A model generated the notes under the pieces. That model saw only the letters and a program-made list of their open reading frames with translations. It was not told where the DNA came from and did no database searches. From positions 45,673,325 through 45,714,883 of the forward strand of contig NC_068999.1 in the NCBI RefSeq assembly GCF_001194135.2: a stretch of DNA of 41,559 nt. The letters are read 5' to 3'. Each line of letters begins with the position of its first letter. The stretch's first letter is position 1. Made by a program: the position numbers and the translations under genes. The stretch is from Octopus bimaculoides. Its lineage: Eukaryota. This document shows positions 34,686 to 41,559 of the stretch, piece after piece.

Positions 34686-35324
34686 TATCTAACATAAAAG
34701 AAACCACCAGCCTTGAACACAACATACGCATAGAAACATAACACACTCACACATACAAATAGCCCCTAATATTTATAATTAGTAAAAACATTCACTGAAC
34801 TAACGATGGTCTTTAATTAGCCTACAAACAATTTAACAAGCGAGATCAAAACAAAAAGCAAAATTCCAAACACATTATCAAAACCGCTCAACCATGAACG
34901 TCTCTTACAATATCATAAATACACCCACAAATAAATACTTCCTCCATTAGTTTTATGGTTAAATTCACTCACAATTAACTTGGTAAAATTCCTTAATCTT
35001 GACCAAAAGAAAAACACAAACAGGCAGCTTTAATTAGATTAACATATATTTCAATTAAATAAAACAAAACTAATTAAAAACGGACTGTCTTCTTCCCCCC
35101 CAAAAAAAACACATACACACCAACAAATATATTGATGATAAGCTGTAATAGTTCACACATTGAAGATTGCTGTTGCATGAAACTCATAAATTGCTACATA
35201 AAAAATTCAGCTTCAGTAAACTTTGTGTGTATGTTTGTGTGTTTGTGTGTGTGTGTGTGTGTATGTGTGTGTGTGTGTGTGTGTGTTGGTGTGTGTGTGT
35301 TTGCAACCATCATTAACCTTTTAA

Positions 35325-35512
35325 TGTACACTTTTCCGTAGTGGCATGGCTCAGATGGAATTTTTTGAGGCCAGTATTATATGGTATGAGGCCTTTATTG
35401 TTGCCAACCCTTATATCTCTTTAAGCAAGTTAATATTTTTTCCATGGCCAAGCATGTTTTTTTCTCAGAAGACTAGAAATGAACTCATTTACAACAATCA
35501 TGTGGTGTCAAC
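35325..35512 (-). mobile_element. Family A2 element
   Basis: CTTTTCCGTAGTGGCATGG...TTGTTGCCAACCC...CCATGGCCA...CAGAAGACTAGAAA...TTTACAACAATCA. Confidence 0.65.
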
Positions 35513-35539
35513 ACACACACACACACACACACACACATA

Positions 35540-35705
35540 TGATGGGCTTCTTTCAGTTTCCTTTTACCGAGTCTGCTCAGAAGACTTTGGTTAGCCTGAG
35601 GCCAAAGTACAAGACATTTGCCCAAGGTGCTGTGCACTGGAATTGAATTCAAAACCACATGGTTGAGAAACAAGTTTCTTAACTACACAAGCTAAACCTG
35701 TGCCT
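35540..35705 (-). mobile_element. Family B SINE 5' half joined to an A2 3' body
   Basis: GGGCTTCTTTCAGTTTCC...TTGCCCAAGGTGC...AACCACATGGTTG. Confidence 0.75.
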
Positions 35706-35709
35706 TATG

Positions 35710-35743
<34 letters not shown>

Positions 35744-35820
35744 TTCTCTCTCCCCATATATATGTGTGTGTGTGTGTATACATATATATATATACATGTG
35801 TATATGTATATGTGTGTGTA

Positions 35821-35996
35821 TACTGGCAATGGCCACGCTCAAAATGGTGTTTTTTAAATGCCACTTGCACAGGAGCCAGTCCAGCGGCACTAGCAATGAC
35901 CTCGCTTGAATGTTTTCTAACGTGCCACTGGCACAAGTGCCGGTAAGGCGACGCTGGTAATGATCACGCTCAAGTGGTGCTATTTACGTGCCACTT
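35821..35996 (-). mobile_element. Family A 5' tandem-unit region (about three ~65-nt units)
   Basis: Minus strand shows GTGGCACGTAAATAGCACC / GTGGCACGTTAGAAAAC / GTGGCATTTAAAAAACACC, collinear with 6079-6155. Confidence 0.85.
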
Positions 35997-36068
35997 GAAT
36001 AATAATTCGTTATTAGCAACAGGAGCAGTATTAGTTCAAATTAGCAAGCTGTGTATCATACTTAAAGC

Positions 36069-36170
36069 ATATGTAGGTGATGGGCTTCCATACAGTTTCA
36101 TTCTATTAAAATTCCTCTCACAGCCTCAAGTCTGCAGTAACATACATTGGCCAAAGATGCCGCGCAGCGA
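36069..36170 (-). mobile_element. Strongly decayed family B SINE fragment
   Basis: GATGGGCTTCCATACAGTTTC...CCAAAGATGCCGCGCAG. Confidence 0.5.
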
Positions 36171-36709
36171 GATACCGTTGTGATCCACACAGCGATGCCA
36201 AATACTTCGGTTTCAAAATGTTTTTATACAGCACTTACTATAATCTGGTATCACTAAGTTATTTCTGAACTCAATCGCCATTTATTAGTTATCTTTTATA
36301 TGTATTACATCAAAGAAGCGTTTGGTCTATAGCTTATGGAAGCCGGCTTAAGGTAGAAAGTCAAGGAATTTAGGATTTTCTTTAGATGGATTAATGAACG
36401 AATGAAATGGTATTGAGCAATAAAAAAGTAGATATATCTGGAAATGTGAAATGGAATGGAATGGAATTGCAAAAGTCATATTTGATGTGCTGTTTCTAAG
36501 TGTTACAAGAGATGCTATAAAGAATAGAAATATATGGATTTATGGTGCCACATGATAAGTTGAACTACAATAAAGCTGGAGATGACTACAGAACTAAAAT
36601 GAGTTTTATATATCCAAGTGAATATCTACTAATTTAGCTCATGGTTGCAACATGAGGGTTTTTTTTTTTTGTAGTTTAAGAACTACCATGACTAACATTA
36701 TTATTATCA

Positions 36710-36757
<48 letters not shown>

Positions 36758-36764
36758 TACTATT

Positions 36765-36990
36765 AAGGCAGTAAGCTGACAGAATCATTAGGACGCCAAG
36801 CAAAATGCTTAGCAGCAAAACGCTTTGTCTGTCTTTACGTTTTGAGTTCAAATTCCGCCGAGGTTGACTTTGCCGTTCATCCTTTCAGAGTTGATAAAGT
36901 AAATACCAGTTGTACACTAGGATCAATTAATTCAAATTATGCATCCCCTAAAACTGCTGGCCCTGTGTCACAATTTGAAACTATTATCAT
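36765..36990 (+). mobile_element. Family C SINE (tail subtype 2) embedded in (ATT)n
   Basis: AAGGCAGTAAGCTGACAGAA head, GAGTTCAAATTCCGCCGAGGTTGACTTTGCC, CAATTTGAAACTATT tail. Confidence 0.85.
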
Positions 36991-37475
36991 TATTGCTGTT
37001 GTTGTTATTATCATTATTATTATTATTATTATTATTGTTTATCACCAAGACTAGAAATGTTGTGAACATCCTGTTAGTTATTGCCTTGTTTCCATTGTTA
37101 TATTTTTGTTTTTGTTTTGGTTTTTGCTGTACAGTGAGTCATGCTTAGAGCAGACCATAAGGGTCTCTGCAAAAGCTATTGTTATCTGCCCTTAAGGGGT
37201 GAAATTTCGAAGAAGAGAATATTTCTTTTTGAAATATTGAACAAAATTTAATATGGCATCAGCTTCATCGCCGAACCAAGAAGAGAGGAAAGTGGAAGGT
37301 GGTTTTTTTTTTTTTAAGATGAAATTGTCCTTTGCCATTAATCCCCCGCCCCCCGATAATTTATCAAACATGGAAAGATGCAGTAGCAACTATAAAAACA
37401 TCAACAACAACAGCAACATAAAAGAAAATATAAGTACCAATCAAAGCAATAACAACAAACAAAAAATAATCGTAG

Positions 37476-38620
37476 AAAAGAAAAACAAGGTTTTTATACA
37501 TAATACATGCAAATTCAACCACCGTCGCTACCACTGCCACCATTGATGTCAGTACAGTCACTGAAAACGACAAAACCCGCAAATCAAGCATTAATGGTCT
37601 TGCTGCTGTAGTGCATCAAGCACAAGGAAATGTAAATCTGTTGATGGATGTCTTTAAAAACAAAATACAAGAAACATGTTAGAAAGAAATGGAAAAAGGG
37701 TTACTTTTAACATCCCTGAAAACATTGTAGAAAACACTTTGGGAAAAAATAATAATATACAAAATGACAGGAATAAAAGTCATAAGCATAAGTCATAAAC
37801 TAGAACAGGTGACACAGCAGCAAATTGAAAAGTGTTAAGACCTGTGTAAGATATGAAAACATTTGTGATGGCAAAGGGGGAGTGATGTGACAATGGAGGA
37901 GGCAAGGAAGTATTCCACTTTCACTTTAAAAAATGAAGAACTGGTTTTGGTACCTATATACCTGGGCTACTTAGTATCAGAAACTAAAATTGGAGACATA
38001 CCCACAGAAAAAGACAACTGCTGGTTAGTGGCAGTTGTAATCATGGACATAGAGGACAAAACAAATATCCTGCAGGTGCAGGAACAAAACTGGTTGCATT
38101 AAGGTATGGAGTTGTAGGCGCAGATGGATTAAGAAAGTGTAGAAGCAATCCCAGGCATTGTAACTTTGCCAAATGGCTCTAACCTTCATGCAGTTGCTGA
38201 GAGGAGAAAACCAAGGTGTTACACATGTTGGAACACAAATCATCTAAAGGTCTTTTGACCACAGCAAAAGAGAGAAGGACGATCCCACTTTTGCTGACAC
38301 TACCACTGCAGCAAAAGCACCAGCACAGGCAGGTGACCACTACAGCTTCAAAAACAATGGTAACAGTAGTAGCAGCAACAATTACGGCAACATCTACAGC
38401 AGCAACAACAACGACGACAACAGAGGAAGAAAAGAACAGAAAAGACACCAACATCAGTGGCTTCCATATTCCAGACAGCAGCAAAAAATCTCCCCAAGAC
38501 ACTGTCCCCTCCCTTTTGCAGACCACTCAGACATGTCCTGTAATGAAGGAGTCATGAAGATCCTAAATGGCAAAAAATCACTCAATCTAAAAAGAAAAAG
38601 GAAAAAGAAACAAAATCATG
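37476..38620 (+). pseudogene. Decayed gag-like ORF1 of a non-LTR retrotransposon with a CCHC zinc knuckle
   Basis: One frame from 37476 to about 38290 reads as protein-like text broken by in-frame stops: ...VTMEEARKYSTFTLKNEELVLVPIYLGY...AIPGIVTLPNGSNLHAVAERRKPRCYTCWNTNHLKVF*PQQK. C-X2-C-X4-H-X4-(C>stop) lies at 38217-38258, followed by a low-complexity Thr/Ala/Lys-rich tail. Truncated by a family B SINE and a gap. Confidence 0.75.
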
Positions 38621-38647
38621 TTGACAGCAACAGAAAAACTGACAAAT

Positions 38648-38848
38648 ATTCTTCTATTTGTTTCAGTCCTTTGGTTGCGGCCATGCAGGAGCACCACCTT
38701 CAGTTGAACAAATCAACCCCAGGACTTATTCTTTGTAAGCTTAGTACTTATTCTATCGGTCACTGTTCGCCGAACCGCTAAGTTACAGGGATGTAAACAC
38801 ACCAACATCAGTTGTCAAGCGATGGTGGGGGGTACAAATGCAGACACA

Positions 38849-38882
<34 letters not shown>
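38648..38882 (-). mobile_element. Family B SINE 3' half, interrupting the LINE ORF1 relic and running into a gap
   Basis: GCGGCCATGCAGGAGCACC, CCCCAGGACTTATTCTTTG, CGAACCGCTAAGTTACAGGGATG, internal (CA)n. Confidence 0.88.
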
Positions 38883-39928
38883 NNNNNNNNNNNNNNNNNN
38901 NNNNNNNNNNNNNNNNNNNNNNNNNNNNNNNNNNNNNNNNNNNNNNNNNNNNNNNNNNNNNNNNNNNNNNNNNNNNNNNNNNNNNNNNNNNNNNNNNNNN
39001 NNNNNNNNNNNNNNNNNNNNNNNNNNNNNNNNNNNNNNNNNNNNNNNNNNNNNNNNNNNNNNNNNNNNNNNNNNNNNNNNNNNNNNNNNNNNNNNNNNNN
39101 NNNNNNNNNNNNNNNNNNNNNNNNNNNNNNNNNNNNNNNNNNNNNNNNNNNNNNNNNNNNNNNNNNNNNNNNNNNNNNNNNNNNNNNNNNNNNNNNNNNN
39201 NNNNNNNNNNNNNNNNNNNNNNNNNNNNNNNNNNNNNNNNNNNNNNNNNNNNNNNNNNNNNNNNNNNNNNNNNNNNNNNNNNNNNNNNNNNNNNNNNNNN
39301 NNNNNNNNNNNNNNNNNNNNNNNNNNNNNNNNNNNNNNNNNNNNNNNNNNNNNNNNNNNNNNNNNNNNNNNNNNNNNNNNNNNNNNNNNNNNNNNNNNNN
39401 NNNNNNNNNNNNNNNNNNNNNNNNNNNNNNNNNNNNNNNNNNNNNNNNNNNNNNNNNNNNNNNNNNNNNNNNNNNNNNNNNNNNNNNNNNNNNNNNNNNN
39501 NNNNNNNNNNNNNNNNNNNNNNNNNNNNNNNNNNNNNNNNNNNNNNNNNNNNNNNNNNNNNNNNNNNNNNNNNNNNNNNNNNNNNNNNNNNNNNNNNNNN
39601 NNNNNNNNNNNNNNNNNNNNNNNNNNNNNNNNNNNNNNNNNNNNNNNNNNNNNNNNNNNNNNNNNNNNNNNNNNNNNNNNNNNNNNNNNNNNNNNNNNNN
39701 NNNNNNNNNNNNNNNNNNNNNNNNNNNNNNNNNNNNNNNNNNNNNNNNNNNNNNNNNNNNNNNNNNNNNNNNNNNNNNNNNNNNNNNNNNNNNNNNNNNN
39801 NNNNNNNNTAGAAACAAGTATCTATCTCAGCCTACCACTTTTGAAACATGGACATAATGGTTGATGTATTCTGTGATACACCATGTTTAAAAAAGACTGG
39901 CGGGTCAAAGCTGGAATATCTTTGATCA

Positions 39929-40174
39929 CGGTTAGTCCACATCACTCCATAAGAAACATAGGGCCAGTTTCCAAGTTTCCGTGGCACATATATTCTTCCC
40001 TGGATGGGATGCTGGTCTGTCGCAGGATTCCTCATTTTTGCCAGCTGAGTGGACCGGAGCAACGTGAAATAAAGAGTTTTGCTCAAGAACTCAACACATC
40101 GCCCTGACCAGGAATCGAAACCACAATCTTACAATCATGATTCCAGCACTCTAACTACCAAGCCATGCGCCTCC
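39929..40174 (-). mobile_element. tRNA-derived SINE (family D central domain, tail type 3)
   Basis: Minus strand: GGAGGCGCATGGCTTGGTAG head, B-box GGTTTCGATTCC (40122-40111), CTTGAGCAAAACTCTTTATTTCACGTTGCTCCGGTCCACTCAGCTG, then CCTGCGACAGACCAGCATCCCATCCAGGG tail; flanked by TTTGATCA at 39921-39928 and 40180-40187. Confidence 0.85.
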
Positions 40175-40284
40175 TCACTTTTGATCATAGGTCACCTCAA
40201 TCAGAGCTGACTCAGGGCTAAATAACAACATATGAGGTATTAGTTACTAGCTAACACTCATCCATGTGCACGCAAGCACCATCA

Positions 40285-40535
40285 TGTGCCAGAAATAACA
40301 GTCAAATCTACCTCAAACTACACACTACTATCTTGAGAACATATTGTATGATCATCATACCAGGCTGATATGGCAGAGTTTCTACAGCTGGATGCCCTTC
40401 CCCAACCACTCCGAGAGTGTAGTGGGTGCTTTTACGTGCCACCGGCGGCCAGTCCTAGAAAGGAAAAAAGACGGTAGTGTCTTTGAACGTAGATCTGCTT
40501 GATTATGTCTTATCTGGGGTTAAACAATAACAGCA
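40285..40535 (+). mobile_element. Family G interspersed repeat (other pieces at 39880-40232 on +, and 15045-15115, 15350-15412, 19810-19865 on -)
   Basis: GTGCCAGAAATAACAGTCAAATCTACCTCAAACTACAC matches the reverse complements of 15350-15400 and 19810-19862; tail TTTGA..TAG.TC...GGG.TAAA.AA.AAC also at 40180-40230. Confidence 0.6.
40359..40453 (-). mobile_element. Family A internal fragment inside a family G repeat
   Basis: GGCAGAGTTTCTACAGCTGGATGCCCTTCC...GGGTGCTTTTACGTGCCACCGG. Confidence 0.85.
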
Positions 40536-40554
40536 ATTTAATCTCATAAAGGAT

Positions 40555-41032
40555 TTGATCCTTTTGTTACCATGTTTCGGCTGAAATACACTTTGTCTCA
40601 TTTAATTTTTGCAAATAATGAAAGATTTATTTCAATAACATTGTCATTATTAAACTGGTGTTTTTGAATATAAATTAACATGAAATTTTTATGGAAAATT
40701 TTCATTTTAAAACAAAAAGTTTGTATCGAAAAACCAAAGGATAGTCTCAGGTGAGACACTGAACACACAGACTGAGAGAATCTTACAATATTTAACATTG
40801 TTACCATTTCTTCTGTTGAAATAAAACTGGTTTTGTTTCGTCTGATTTTGCAAATTATGAAGAATTTATTAAAATAACTTTGTCATTATTAAGCTGATGT
40901 TGGAACACAAAAAACATAAATTAACATGAAATTTTGATGAAAGATTTTAATTTAGATCGTTGTTTTAAAAGAGAAAGTTTGTATCAGAAAACCAAGAGCT
41001 GTCTCTTGGGGGTTAGAATCAAAAGAATTTAA
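40555..41032 (+). mobile_element. Two diverged tandem copies of a ~240-bp AT-rich MITE-like element with TTAA-bounded, piggyBac-like ends
   Basis: Copy 1 about 40555-40791 and copy 2 about 40792-41032 share TTGTTACCAT...TTGTCATTATTAA...ATAAATTAACATGAAATTTT...AAAGTTTGTATC..AAAACCAA..GTCTC. Ends resemble TTAA-CCTTTTG ... CAAAAG-TTAA. Confidence 0.6.
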
Positions 41033-41159
41033 CCACTATTTCAGTTTTATCTCATTGTAAGTGTTTCATTAGGAAAACAGAAGATTAAATTTGTAGTCTT
41101 TTGTGCTATTCTGTGTTTCTGTTTTTATATCTATTTCTTTATTAACTTCCATTAATGGA

Positions 41160-41197
<38 letters not shown>

Positions 41198-41272
41198 TGA
41201 TCTACCTGTTGGTTCTTTTTCTTATTTCTCTCTTTCTGAATCTAATTATTTATATATTTAGTCGTGCGTATA

Positions 41273-41313
<41 letters not shown>

Positions 41314-41404
41314 ATATGTATATATGTATGTATACGTAGCTATGTATGTGTATATATCTGTGTATGTGTATATATATGCATGTGTGTGCATATATGTATT
41401 GTCT

Positions 41405-41457
41405 GTCATCATCATCATCGTCATTTAACATCCATTTTCTATGCCGACATGGGTAGG
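41405..41457 (-). mobile_element. Family A/A2 3' tail fragment
   Basis: (CAT)n TTTAACATCCATTTTCTATGCCGACATGGG. Confidence 0.7.
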
Positions 41458-41559
41458 TATGTATGCATGTGTATATATATATGTATTGTGTGTGTGTGTA
41501 TGTATCTATGTATATATACATACATATATGTATATGTGTGTGTATATATATATATATAT

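Noticed and set aside
34690-35130. Strongly A/C-skewed stretch suggesting a mitochondrial insertion
   Set aside because: No recognisable mitochondrial protein, rRNA or tRNA motif by eye; BLASTN against cephalopod mtDNA would settle it

Overview
AT-rich, microsatellite-saturated eukaryotic DNA with 15 N-gaps. The repeat families look like those of a coleoid cephalopod, most likely an Octopus scaffold; this is inferred from remembered repeat motifs, not from a search. The only host-gene sequence I can support is one 99-nt internal exon (28762-28860, +) of an LHFPL/TMHS-family tetraspan membrane protein gene, closest to LHFPL6/LHFP, so most of the window is probably very long intron. The rest is a transposon graveyard. 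It holds several tRNA-derived SINE families with swapped 3' modules and a (GAT)n-tailed retroelement whose 5' tandem units can fold into a covarying H-type pseudoknot. It also holds a decayed Penelope GIY-YIG endonuclease segment followed directly by a tRNA-like Pol III module, a decayed gag-like LINE ORF1 with a CCHC knuckle, mariner and pogo-like ends, a tandem MITE pair and many mini/microsatellites. Family labels A, A2, B, C, D/E and G are my own working names. Almost all entries in the ORF track are low-complexity or gap artefacts. No prokaryotic-type system or CRISPR array is present.
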